Counted from the first letter of the stretch, positions 11,044 through 19,710 are shown. The stretch is DNA of 32,000 nucleotides from Candidatus Hadarchaeota archaeon (GCA_964514965.1 CAZETV010000001.1:300001-332000); one strand, 5' to 3'. Notes: generated from the sequence alone by a model not told the origin. Translations and numbers: made by a program.

Positions 11044-11053
11044 GGCCGCTAAA

Positions 11054-12115
11054 ATGAAACTTTTCACTGTTGGTCCTGTTGCCTGCCCACCCGAAGTTCT
11101 TGCGGAGATGAAGCGCCAAATGTTCAGCCATCGGAGCAAAGAATACAAAGAAGCACATCGGCAAACTGTCGAGCGGCTCCAACGATTCCTCGAAACCAAA
11201 AACCAAGTCTTCCTATTCCCCAGTTCTGGGTCGGGAGTTATGGAAGCCACGGTCCGGAACTGCGTCGAGCAGAAGATGTTGTGCTGCGTCAACGGGGCGT
11301 TTGGAAAAAGGTACGCTGAGGTCGGAAAATCAAACGAAAAGGAGGTCGAACGAATTGATACTATGCTGGGTAAACCGACCACGCCTGAACTCCTAGATGA
11401 AAAGCTTTCGAGCGTGGATGTCGAGGCAGTCACCATAACCTACAATGAAACAAGCGTCGGCCTGCTGAATCCACTTCCCGAACTGGCCAAAATCGTGAAG
11501 AAGCACGGAAAGTTCCTGTTCGTCGACGCGGTGAGCGCGATGGGCGGAGCCGAGCTGAAGGTCGACGAGTGGGGGATAGACGTGTGCTTCACGAGTTCTC
11601 AGAAGTGTTTTGGGATCCCCCCGGGACTAGCCGTCGCAAGCGTGAGCGATAGCGCTCTAAAGCAGTCAGAGCAAGCTAAGAATAAAGGATGGTATTTCGA
11701 TTTCAAGCTCTACGAAAAGTATCAGAAGGAGCAGAGCAGCACACACATGACACCTCCGATCCCACAAATCATCGCGCTCAACAAAGAGTTGGAAGTGATT
11801 GAAATCGAGGGCGGAAAGCAAAAACGTTTCGACCTTTATTCTAAGCGAAGCCAAAGAATAAAAGAGGGTGTCGAAGACTTGGGTCTGTCACTCTTCCCGG
11901 AGAAAGGGTATGAGAGCCCAACGGTCACATGTGTAAATGCTCCGCAAAGCATCAGCGGCCTTGACGTGTACGAACGAATGCGCGAGCGCGGGTTCGAGTT
12001 GGCAAAAGGATATGGTGAGCTGAAGGAGCGAACCTTCAGAATAGGGAACATGGGATACATACCCTTTTATTATGTGGGTGAAATGCTTCAGGCTCTTGCT
12101 GAGATAGTGCAGTAA
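11054..12115 (+). CDS. Class V pyridoxal-phosphate aminotransferase (serine/alanine-glyoxylate or aspartate aminotransferase type)
   Basis: 353 aa. FTSSQKCFGIPPGLA contains the SxK PLP-lysine motif, and the length and layout are typical of the AGAT family. Confidence 0.8.
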   Translation: MKLFTVGPVACPPEVLAEMKRQMFSHRSKEYKEAHRQTVERLQRFLETKNQVFLFPSSGSGVMEATVRNCVEQKMLCCVNGAFGKRYAEVGKSNEKEVERIDTMLGKPTTPELLDEKLSSVDVEAVTITYNETSVGLLNPLPELAKIVKKHGKFLFVDAVSAMGGAELKVDEWGIDVCFTSSQKCFGIPPGLAVASVSDSALKQSEQAKNKGWYFDFKLYEKYQKEQSSTHMTPPIPQIIALNKELEVIEIEGGKQKRFDLYSKRSQRIKEGVEDLGLSLFPEKGYESPTVTCVNAPQSISGLDVYERMRERGFELAKGYGELKERTFRIGNMGYIPFYYVGEMLQALAEIVQ

Positions 12116-12211
12116 TGGAACCCCCAACGTGACGGGCGACTTATTTCTGAAAAATTTTAGCGGGATGACACTATCGTTATAAAGCAGTGAAGAAATCGTG
12201 TTGTGAGACAG

Positions 12212-13138
12212 ATGGCGTTAACTCCTACGAAGTTCATATGGATGGACAGAAAGCTCGTCCCTTGGGAAAAAGCAAACGTGCACGTGCTCACTCACACCCT
12301 ACACTACGGGATGGGTGTCTTCGAAGGCATCCGCTGCTACAAAACTGCAAAAGGTCCAGCAGTCTTCAGGCTCAAGGATCACATAAAAAGATTAGAGAAT
12401 TCGGCAAAATTCGTTGGGATTAACCTTCCGTACTCAATCGAGGAGCTGATAAAAGGAGTCAAGGAAACAATAAAAACAAATGAAATTGAGGAGTGCTACA
12501 TTCGTCCCATCGCTTTTTATGGCTACGGCATAATGGGGTTGAATCCCGAGGGCTCTAAGGTGAACGTGGCGATCGCAGTCTGGCCCTGGGGCACTTATCT
12601 TGGAGAGGAAGGACTCGAGAAAGGGATTCGAGTGAAAATATCTCCGTGGCTACGAATTCATCCACGCATTCTGCCGCCCCAAGCTAAGGTAGTAGCAAAT
12701 TATGCGAATTCTGTATTAGCGAAGGTTGACGCTCTGCAGTCGGGCTATAATGAAGCAATCCTCCTGAACATTGACGGCAACGTGGCGGAGGGCCCAGGGG
12801 AAAATGTGTTCATAGTAAAGGACGGTAAGCTCATAAGCCCTCCAGCCTCTTCTGGAGTACTCATTGGGATAATTCGAGACTCGATAATAAAAATCGCAAG
12901 CGATGAGGGAATAAGCTTCGAGGAACATGACTTCAAGCCAAATGAGCTCTATGCGGCGGATGAGGCTTTCTTTACAGGCACCGCCGCCGAGGTGACACCG
13001 ATCCGTGAGGTGGACGGAAAACCCATAGGGAGCGGGAATCGCGGGCCGATCACAGAGAAGCTTCAACGCATATTCTTCAACACTGTCCATGGAAAGGAGC
13101 TTAAGTACGAATCTTGGCTGGACTACGTTGGTAAGTGA
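12212..13138 (+). CDS. ilvE: Branched-chain amino acid aminotransferase
   Basis: IWMDRKLVPWEKANVHVLTHTLHYGMGVFEGIRCY and EGPGENVFIVKDGKL are classic class IV aminotransferase motifs. Start chosen at ATG 12212 (GTG 12203 is possible). Confidence 0.9.
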   Translation: MALTPTKFIWMDRKLVPWEKANVHVLTHTLHYGMGVFEGIRCYKTAKGPAVFRLKDHIKRLENSAKFVGINLPYSIEELIKGVKETIKTNEIEECYIRPIAFYGYGIMGLNPEGSKVNVAIAVWPWGTYLGEEGLEKGIRVKISPWLRIHPRILPPQAKVVANYANSVLAKVDALQSGYNEAILLNIDGNVAEGPGENVFIVKDGKLISPPASSGVLIGIIRDSIIKIASDEGISFEEHDFKPNELYAADEAFFTGTAAEVTPIREVDGKPIGSGNRGPITEKLQRIFFNTVHGKELKYESWLDYVGK

Positions 13139-13211
13139 ACTAATTTCACGTAAAAATTTAGGTATTTATTTAAATGCATGTGGTATCACAGCAATCGGAG
13201 ATGCTAAGCGC

Positions 13212-14021
13212 GTGCGTGTAGAACTCCTAACTCCTGCTATCGAGGACTCGTTCCTCACGTTCATCAAACAAGATTGTATTAGCAATTTCTTTGCCCTCCT
13301 AGATTTGAAGTTATACAGAAAAGAAACCAAATTTTGGGTTGCGCTAGATGATGCAGAAATCTCGGGTTATATGCTTGAACACAATGGAAAAGATCTAAAT
13401 CTTCGAGGCGATGCAAAAAGCGTAGCCGAACTTTTGAATAGGACCAGCTTGACCGAACCGCTCACCAATATAGAGCCTCGACACTTCCCAATCATAAAAA
13501 CGTTTTATGAACCCATGAGGCGTCTGGGCCCTCCGACCGAAGAGAAAATTGCTACTTTATTGGTCATGGGGATGGATAAAAATAAGTTCGAGCCCACAAT
13601 CGCGCAAAATCCAAAAGAACTGGGAGCGAACGAGCTGAAGGCAGTTGGTAACCTGTACAGACGTTTTTATGAAGAAGCTGAGATGGGCTCCATTACCCGC
13701 GAGAATATCCTGAAAGCGTTCAGGGGACGCCTCGTCTACGGAACTTATGAGGGAGGTGAGTTAGTTTCCTTCGCCAGCGGCGTTACTGTAGAAGACCTGT
13801 CCTATGTTGACCACGTTTACACCCTCCCAAAATTCAGGGGCGAGAGTCACGCCACTTCGACGTGTTCTGCTCTGGTTAATGCGCTCTTTAAACGCAGCGA
13901 AAAAATGATAATTATGGTTTTAGCTGACAACAATACTGCCCGAAAGATATATGGGAAAATTGGATTTACCGAAACTGGGCATGAGTTCCTAGTTTTTAAG
14001 GGCCGTAAAATCAGTGGATGA
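13212..14021 (+). CDS. GNAT-family N-acetyltransferase with an uncharacterized N-terminal region
   Basis: The C-terminal VDHVYTLPKFRGESHATS...ARKIYGKIGFTETG matches GNAT motifs A/B. The start is uncertain: the ORF opens at 13089 and overlaps ilvE, so GTG 13212 is proposed. Confidence 0.55.
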   Translation: MRVELLTPAIEDSFLTFIKQDCISNFFALLDLKLYRKETKFWVALDDAEISGYMLEHNGKDLNLRGDAKSVAELLNRTSLTEPLTNIEPRHFPIIKTFYEPMRRLGPPTEEKIATLLVMGMDKNKFEPTIAQNPKELGANELKAVGNLYRRFYEEAEMGSITRENILKAFRGRLVYGTYEGGELVSFASGVTVEDLSYVDHVYTLPKFRGESHATSTCSALVNALFKRSEKMIIMVLADNNTARKIYGKIGFTETGHEFLVFKGRKISG

Positions 14022-14108
14022 TAAGCATGAAATCGACGGAGGAAATTCTTGAGATGTCTTTTATAAGATATTAAAATAAGGTAGTGATGAAGACTGGAGG
14101 TAAAAAAC

Positions 14109-14831
14109 ATGCGCGAATCTATCGTCATTGATGGACTGAGCAAATATTACAACAATTTTCTAGCCTTGGACAATCTCTCGTTGAAAGTAAAAAAGAATGA
14201 GGATGTCGCACTGCTCGGTCCAAACGGCGCGGGTAAGACCACCACACTCAAGCTCCTTTGTGGACTCATCCGGCCATCTTCTGGCATGGCTTACATAAAT
14301 GGTATTAACGTCTTGAAAGAACGTGAGCGAGCAATCTCGAATGTGGGGGCTATTTTGGAAACTCCCGAGTTTTATCCATTCCTAACCCCAAACGAAACCC
14401 TTAGATATCTGGGGCGCCTCCGAGGAATGAATGGGCGTAAGCTGGAGGGTAGAATAAGAGAATTACTTAAGCTTGTCAGACTTGATCAATGGTCGAATAC
14501 CAAAATAGGAAAGTTCTCCCGAGGGATGAAACAGCGCCTAGCACTCACGCAAGCCATGCTTCATGACCCGCCGATTCTCATCCTTGACGAACCTTCGCTG
14601 GGTCTTGATCCCAGAGGGATGATGGAAATACGGGAAATTCTGAAAGAAACGCGAAAACAGAAAACCGTATTCTTCGCATCACACCTTCTCACCGAGGTCG
14701 CCCAAATTTGCAAGAAAGTGGCAATAATAGACCACGGAAAACTGTGCGCCTATGATGACATCGGCCGCTTGAAGAAAAAATATCGATCTTTCGAGCGAGC
14801 TTATCTCAAACTCACGGAGGCAGCTATTTGA
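14109..14831 (+). CDS. ABC transporter ATP-binding protein
   Basis: Walker A GPNGAGKTT, signature FSRGMKQRL, Walker B ILILDEP. GGAGG lies 7 nt upstream of the ATG. Confidence 0.92.
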   Translation: MRESIVIDGLSKYYNNFLALDNLSLKVKKNEDVALLGPNGAGKTTTLKLLCGLIRPSSGMAYINGINVLKERERAISNVGAILETPEFYPFLTPNETLRYLGRLRGMNGRKLEGRIRELLKLVRLDQWSNTKIGKFSRGMKQRLALTQAMLHDPPILILDEPSLGLDPRGMMEIREILKETRKQKTVFFASHLLTEVAQICKKVAIIDHGKLCAYDDIGRLKKKYRSFERAYLKLTEAAI

Positions 14832-15658
14832 GCGAATTCGAGAAGCTAAAAGTGGTCACGAGATACGAGCTGCTGAAACAGTTCCGAAGGAAACGGTTCT
14901 TCGGGGCATTGGCGATTACACTTCTCGCTATTTTTTTAACCATCGGGCTCTACCAAGGGCTGGACCTCCCAAAGCAGATGCACATCCCAGAACAGTTCTT
15001 AAATCAGTGGGGACCCGAACTCTTCGCGATGTTCGTGACATCGATGGGTTCGCTGGCCGTTCTTGGTGCAGTTTTCTTCGCGGGAGACGCCATCGCTTCC
15101 GAGTTTGAGAGCAAAACGGGTTATATTCTGTTCCCAAACCCCGTGAAGCGAACCACCATAGTAGTCGGAAAATACCTCGCCTGTTTCATCGCCACAGCCA
15201 CAATAATAATCACTGCGTATATAATCTCGACCGGCGCTCTGCTTGTGTTCTACGGGCAGGTGCCAATAGGGATAATCGGTTCGTTAACTCTCACGCTGAT
15301 GCTGGCAGGCGCAATAATAAGCATAGCATTCGCTTTCAGTTCCATACTGAAAGGGGGCATGGGGGCGACGATAGCCACGCTCCTGGCCTTCATGGTAGTT
15401 TTCACAATCATTTCAAGTAGTCTATCTTACGCTGGCTATGACCCTTGGTTCATGCCCGATCGAGCGGGGGATGCAATCACCGCCACCTACGGGTTACCAC
15501 TTGAGCAGTTGGTTGGAGGATTTGGGTTTGGCGGACCGATGATGGGAATGATAAGAGCTAGCCAAGACCCCACCCTAAGTTTCTTTGTGTTGTTGGCATA
15601 CGCATTTGTTCTGTTCGGGATAAGCCTCGTGGTGACAAATCGTAAGGAAATGATCTGA
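14828..15658 (+). CDS. ABC-2 type transporter permease
   Basis: 276 aa with about six hydrophobic segments. Its TTG start overlaps the ATPase stop, which suggests translational coupling. Confidence 0.75.
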   Translation: MSEFEKLKVVTRYELLKQFRRKRFFGALAITLLAIFLTIGLYQGLDLPKQMHIPEQFLNQWGPELFAMFVTSMGSLAVLGAVFFAGDAIASEFESKTGYILFPNPVKRTTIVVGKYLACFIATATIIITAYIISTGALLVFYGQVPIGIIGSLTLTLMLAGAIISIAFAFSSILKGGMGATIATLLAFMVVFTIISSSLSYAGYDPWFMPDRAGDAITATYGLPLEQLVGGFGFGGPMMGMIRASQDPTLSFFVLLAYAFVLFGISLVVTNRKEMI

Positions 15659-15702
15659 GCCACAAAACCTTTTGGTCTGACGTTAAACTGTTTTTGGTCA
15701 TT

Positions 15703-16539
15703 ATGCCAAGAAATCTGCGCGAGGCTTTGAAAGGGCAAATAGCAGACGAGGAACTCAAACTGATCAGGGCCTTTGATATAGTGGGAGATATCGCGGTAGT
15801 CAAGATTCCAGAAAAACTACTTCCAAAAAAACAGATAATCGGTCAAGCGCTGATAAAAGTTCACCACCACGTGCGGGCAGTTCTCAACCAGACAACCCCT
15901 GTGCGAGGAGAGTTTCGAACACGAGAACTCGAAGTGATAGCTGGTGAGCCCCGAACCGAGACAACGCATCGAGAGGGCGGTTGCAGCTTCAAGGTCGACC
16001 TCGCGAAAGTTTACTTCTCGCCTAGGCTAGCCACCGAGCGCCTTCGCGTGACCAAGCAGACCAAACAGGGTGAGGTTGTGACAAATTTGTTTGCTGGGGT
16101 CGGGTGTTACTCCGTACTCATTGCCAAGCATAGTGAGGTAAGTAAGATTTATTCGATTGATAAGAATCCGGAGGCCGTCAATTACATGCGCGAGAACATC
16201 CGTGTCAACAAGGTCGGTGGGCGAGTCGTGCCAATTTTTGGCGATGCCCGCGATGTAGTCGAAACTCGTCTGATGGGAAAAGCAGACCGAGTACTCATGC
16301 CCCTGCCTGAGCTAGCCCGCGGGTTCTTCGACGTCGCATTGCTCGCGCTGAAGCCTGAGGGGGGCGTGGTGCACTTTTACGATTTCGGAAAGGAGTCTGA
16401 TCTTTTTGGTCCCTCGCTCGAGTTTGTTCGCACTGCAGCAGCAGCCAAAGGGAAAAAGGTTGAGTTGCTTGAGAGCAGGGCGATTCGCTCTTATGCCACT
16501 AAAGTTTATCACATCGTGCTCGACTTAAAAATAAATTAA
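15703..16539 (+). CDS. trm5: tRNA (guanine37-N1)-methyltransferase Trm5/Taw22 family (Met-10+ like)
   Basis: Contains FDIVGDIAVVKIPE, KVYFSPRLATER, and the SAM-binding VTNLFAGVGCYSVLIAK. This is typical archaeal Trm5 architecture. Confidence 0.8.
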   Translation: MPRNLREALKGQIADEELKLIRAFDIVGDIAVVKIPEKLLPKKQIIGQALIKVHHHVRAVLNQTTPVRGEFRTRELEVIAGEPRTETTHREGGCSFKVDLAKVYFSPRLATERLRVTKQTKQGEVVTNLFAGVGCYSVLIAKHSEVSKIYSIDKNPEAVNYMRENIRVNKVGGRVVPIFGDARDVVETRLMGKADRVLMPLPELARGFFDVALLALKPEGGVVHFYDFGKESDLFGPSLEFVRTAAAAKGKKVELLESRAIRSYATKVYHIVLDLKIN

Positions 16540-16540
16540 C

Positions 16541-16897
16541 TCAGACTCTGCGCACGCTTATTTTATCTCCCGTTCGTGCGGCCCTAAATTTTTCAACGCC
16601 GCTCTTTATCCGAGCAAAAGTGTTCACAGGACTGATCGGCTGCGAGCGACCGAAGAATATGCAGAATCCTGGACCTTCAGGCCAATAAGAAACATCACCC
16701 GTTTGAGTTCTGGACTTTGGATTTTCCGGTTCAATTTTTACCGGAATGCCGAAGTAACCCTCTTCCTTCCAGATTTCCACTTCCGCATCGAACGGTAAAG
16801 CTTTCCAAATCGCGTCGCAGGTATTGGGGCAGAGCTTTTCGAGAAGCTCAGCCTCGACTTCGAAGTCACGGCAGACGATGACCAGCTTCCTCACCAC
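16541..16897 (-). CDS. Cyclophilin-like fold protein (TM1367/PF04126-like)
   Basis: 118 aa. The pattern A.A.W.ALP....EIWKEEGYF.IP...E.......GDVSYWPEGPGFCIFFG recalls the small cyclophilin-like family. GTG start is preceded by GAGGTGAT. Confidence 0.5.
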   Translation of the reverse strand: MVRKLVIVCRDFEVEAELLEKLCPNTCDAIWKALPFDAEVEIWKEEGYFGIPVKIEPENPKSRTQTGDVSYWPEGPGFCIFFGRSQPISPVNTFARIKSGVEKFRAARTGDKISVRRV

Positions 16898-17106
16898 GAT
16901 ATCACCTCAAGTATCGCTTGAAATTGTTACTGAATAGTTTTTAAATTTAATCGTTGAGTATTTTTTTATTTTTTGATTCGAGGCGAATTTTCCCTCTTAT
17001 AAACAACCCCCACCCAAAACCTCGGCGGGAGAACTGCGCAGAAACAAAAAAGAGAAAAGATAACATACCAGTCCGACGGTCACTTGCGCGGCTAAAAGCC
17101 GAAAAT

Positions 17107-17131
17107 TCGGGTTCGACTCTCGGCACACCCA
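17107..17131 (+). other. tRNA 3'-end-like fragment (T-arm plus acceptor 3' strand); possible att-site remnant
   Basis: TCGGG-TTCGACT-CTCGG forms a 5-bp stem (two G-U pairs) with a canonical 7-nt T-loop (UUCGACU, flanked by a G53-C61 pair). It is followed by 7 nt (CACACCC) and an A. No complementary 5' acceptor strand (GGGTGTG) or 7-nt anticodon loop lies upstream, so it is not an intact tRNA. Confidence 0.3.
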
Positions 17132-17152
17132 AGAAAAAGTGAGGTGAAAAAG

Positions 17153-17902
17153 ATGAACGTTAGGGAGTTTGGCGCCGTATGCGACGTGAGTACGCTGGTC
17201 GACCGCACGAGTTTTGAGCGGGCGCAGCAGTTGCTGGACGGTGGCAATCTTTATCTGTCGTCTGCGACTTACAGCTGGCTAGCGCGCGACAAGCTAATTG
17301 CCGTCCGAGGCAACGCGCTTGGCTACAGCTTGGTGAGCCAGTTTGTGCGCGACCGAAAGCTGCTCGTCGTTTACCTGCCGGAACTGCTCGATGAGATATC
17401 ACGCCGCCTGCTTTTTGAGGTGCAGCGAGAAGTACCGCTCACCGACCTGCGAGCTCTGATGCTTGCGGCGCACCTTCGGTTGCCCCTGTTGACGTTCGAT
17501 GAAGGAGTCGTCGAGCGCCTTCGGGAATACGTAGGGGGGCGAGCACTTTGGCAGCTGGATGCGCATTCCGACTGGCTAGCACTCCGTGAGGCGCTGGAGC
17601 TCTACCGCGAGCTGGCGGGCGACGTGGGTAACTATCTTTACAAAAATCTGAACGACGGGCACTCGTTCGAGAATTTGGTCGATGAACTCCGGAGCTGGCG
17701 CGGCGATAGCCTGCGGACGGCGACAACAGCGGTGCGGAAGCTGAGCCAAGCGCGAACGAATCCGGGGGAGTTGAATTTCAGGTACATTACATGGGACTTG
17801 ACACCAATCCTGCGCGAGTACCTCAAGCAACATGTATTGCAGCCTGAGGTTGTACGTGAACTCTGCGAGCGGGCCCTGCTGCTAGTCGCGAATCCAAAAT
17901 AG
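17153..17902 (+). CDS. Hypothetical protein with PIN-like N-terminal domain and helical C-terminal extension
   Basis: ATG 17153 is preceded by GAGGTGA. The N-terminus has AVCDVSTLVD (PIN strand 1 Asp), and ...TDLRALMLAAHLRLPLLTFDEGV resembles the D.liaA.A....LlT.D..f end of VapC-type PIN domains. The usual second acidic residue is not obvious. GC is clearly above the neighbours. Confidence 0.45.
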   Translation: MNVREFGAVCDVSTLVDRTSFERAQQLLDGGNLYLSSATYSWLARDKLIAVRGNALGYSLVSQFVRDRKLLVVYLPELLDEISRRLLFEVQREVPLTDLRALMLAAHLRLPLLTFDEGVVERLREYVGGRALWQLDAHSDWLALREALELYRELAGDVGNYLYKNLNDGHSFENLVDELRSWRGDSLRTATTAVRKLSQARTNPGELNFRYITWDLTPILREYLKQHVLQPEVVRELCERALLLVANPK

Positions 17903-18120
17903 CAGACATGATGATAAAGCGCAAAACAGAAAATATACGTATTGACGTTTAGACTTTCTTACGACTTTTGAGAAGGCTGTGTCTCCCACTCAAATGCAAC
18001 TAATCACATTCCCCAAAATCTCCTCTAATCTACGATTATTACTATTACTAATATCGAGTTGCTCCCGACATGTTCAAGGCTTGGATATTACTTATAACTT
18101 CAACATGACCAAAAATGGAA

Positions 18121-18129
18121 AATATAAAA
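18121..18129 (+). promoter_or_regulatory. Candidate TATA box for the four-gene operon
   Basis: gaaAATATAAAAcc lies about 60 nt upstream of ATG 18189 within a 274-bp AT-rich spacer. This would leave a leader carrying the AAGGAGGTGA SD. Confidence 0.3.
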
Positions 18130-18188
18130 CCGCACGATACATAAAGACGTAGGACTAGTAAAAGAGAATTAAGGAGGTGATGATAAAC

Positions 18189-18944
18189 ATGAAACTTCTT
18201 CAAATGAGTCAACTCTTTGCCCTACCCCTTCAGTCAGCTATTAAAGCGCAGAATCTTGCTCTACAGGAAACGATTTCCTCCATAGAACAGCTCGGGCTAG
18301 AGAACGGCGCGGCGAAAACTTTTCGCTTTAAAGCCGAAAGAATGATTGAGGAGAGAAAGGTTGATCCAAAAACGGGAATCCCTGAAACACAAATCAAGAG
18401 TCAACCTTTCGAAGTGAGTATTCCCCTACTTGCGATGGTTGCGCCTCCAAGTATGAACATACGCGAGATGAACGTTGAATTTGGAGTGGAGGTAGTGGAA
18501 CCAAAAACTGAACCTATTAAATCAGGTACTATCACGCCAGCGGTACTCGGTTCTTCGCTTTCTCCCTCGTTGTGTCTTTTTACGTCCCTTGGCCAATCGA
18601 ATCCGACTACAATGAAGGTTAACATGAAAATAGTTAGAGAAATTCCGGAAGGGATGGCACGGGTGGGGGATGTACTCACCGACCTTTTGAGTGGACGGCC
18701 TCCAGTGACCGATGAAAAACCAACACCCGAAATAAATCTTGATGTTGAGAAGATAGCGGGCATAGGCGCGGAAAGAGCGGCCCTTCTGAGAGGTAAGGGA
18801 ATATTTACTGTTAAGGGACTAGTCCAAGCTACAAAAACATTTGAGGGAACAAAAGATCTTGCTACGGCCATCGGCGTTTCTTCAAAGCAAATGAGAGAGT
18901 GGAGAGAGAAGGGAAAACTATTAGAAGGGGGAGAAAAATCTTAG
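18189..18944 (+). CDS. Uncharacterized protein P1: paralog-family core plus C-terminal helix-hairpin-helix (DUF4332-like) module
   Basis: A perfect SD (AAGGAGGTGA, 18171-18180) lies 8 nt before ATG 18189 (alternative starts 18177/18180). It shares with P2 the motifs ALPLQ, AIKAQ.LA.Q, S/T-(I/V)PLLAMV..P...I..M.(V/I)(E/D)F and IPEG(M/L).R(V/I).D(V/I)L. The C-terminus EKIAGIGAERAALLRGKGIFTVKGL...AIGVSSKQMREW is HhH-like. Confidence 0.75.
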   Translation: MKLLQMSQLFALPLQSAIKAQNLALQETISSIEQLGLENGAAKTFRFKAERMIEERKVDPKTGIPETQIKSQPFEVSIPLLAMVAPPSMNIREMNVEFGVEVVEPKTEPIKSGTITPAVLGSSLSPSLCLFTSLGQSNPTTMKVNMKIVREIPEGMARVGDVLTDLLSGRPPVTDEKPTPEINLDVEKIAGIGAERAALLRGKGIFTVKGLVQATKTFEGTKDLATAIGVSSKQMREWREKGKLLEGGEKS

Positions 18945-18962
18945 GGCAGGAGGTGAAATAAA

Positions 18963-19655
18963 ATGGCAAACATACCTGCAGAGTTGAGAGCTCTTCCATT
19001 ACAACACATTATTGGATCGCCACTCGTAGCAGCTATAAAAGCACAGGCCTTGGCGGCCCAGACAACTGTGAACTTTATCAAAGAGGTGGGTCTTAAACCA
19101 AGAGCTTTAGAAGCTACTGAGAGCGAAGACAATCTGGATGAAGTAACTGGAGAAAGCGGCAAACCTGGTTATGAAGCCCGATATGTAGATTTCAAGTTCG
19201 ACAGGATAATAGAAGCAGAAGAGGTCACACCCCCAGCTGCTGACGCACCAGCTGGAACACCGCCGACTAAGACGACGAAGTATAGTGTTGTACCTTCCAA
19301 GCTTACAGTGCCACTTCTTGCAATGGTACCGATCCCATATATTCGAATCAATGATATGACTATTGACTTTGAATTCCAGATCAAGGATGTAGAGACAAAG
19401 GAATCCACTACTGAAAAGAAAGTATCTATGAATGCAAAGGCGGGAGGTTGGTTCTGGAAAGTTAACGTCAAGGGTTCCTATAGTAATAGAACTGTTAACA
19501 AGCGCCAGACGGACCGAAGAACAACTCTGAAAATCACAGTTAACGCAGTACAGGACCAGATACCGGAGGGTCTTGGAAGGATTCTAGATATACTCAATGA
19601 GGCGATGAAGGTTGTCCCGTTGACTGCGCCACAGGAAATAGCCGCACCGACCTAA
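18963..19655 (+). CDS. Uncharacterized protein P2: paralog of P1 with acidic and Pro/Ala/Thr-rich linker
   Basis: SD GGAGGTGA (18949-18956) lies 6 nt before the ATG. Motifs: ALPLQHIIGSPLVAAIKAQALAAQTTVNFIKEVGL, TVPLLAMVPIPYIRINDMTIDFEFQIK, and IPEGLGRILDILNEA. The low-complexity linker reads TPPAADAPAGTPPTKTTK. Confidence 0.75.
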   Translation: MANIPAELRALPLQHIIGSPLVAAIKAQALAAQTTVNFIKEVGLKPRALEATESEDNLDEVTGESGKPGYEARYVDFKFDRIIEAEEVTPPAADAPAGTPPTKTTKYSVVPSKLTVPLLAMVPIPYIRINDMTIDFEFQIKDVETKESTTEKKVSMNAKAGGWFWKVNVKGSYSNRTVNKRQTDRRTTLKITVNAVQDQIPEGLGRILDILNEAMKVVPLTAPQEIAAPT

Positions 19656-19679
19656 TTGCATCCAGTTTAAAAAAAGATG

Positions 19680-19710
19680 GGGGGCGAAAGTAATACCCAC
19701 TTTCCCTCCC
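19680..19710 (+). other. Intercistronic stem-loop between P2 and P3
   Basis: GGGGG-c-GAAAGT / loop AATACCC / ACTTTC-c-CTCCC gives 11 pairs (one G-U) with one C-C mismatch, followed by TTT. Read directly from the sequence. Confidence 0.4.

Noticed and set aside
11005-11436. A 143-codon minus-strand ORF spanning the thiC/aminotransferase junction, plus 10919-11206
   Set aside because: It is antisense to two confident CDSs and has a Ser-rich composition typical of non-coding frames.
12187-12423. A 78-codon ORF overlapping the ilvE start in another frame
   Set aside because: The ilvE frame carries the conserved aminotransferase N-terminus, whereas this frame has no motifs.
16947-17142. Two overlapping ORFs of about 61 codons on opposite strands in the cyclophilin-like/PIN-like intergenic region
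   Set aside because: Their translations are low-complexity Lys/Arg/Phe-rich sequences from an A/T-rich promoter region. There is no SD and the two are mutually exclusive.
17160-17833. A cluster of four minus-strand ORFs (80, 95, 85 and 62 codons) inside the PIN-like gene
   Set aside because: They are Arg/Ala/Pro-rich translations, as expected from stop-codon depletion in a GC-rich segment. They overlap one another in different frames. The plus-strand ORF is the only one with an SD and a full-length frame.
17908-17914. A C-box-like ATGATGA just after the PIN-like gene, a possible C/D box sRNA
   Set aside because: No CTGA D box or C'/D' pair occurs within the following 70 nt or so.
18401-18871. 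A 156-codon minus-strand ORF inside P1
   Set aside because: It is antisense to a gene supported by a perfect SD and by paralogy with P2. It has no start context.
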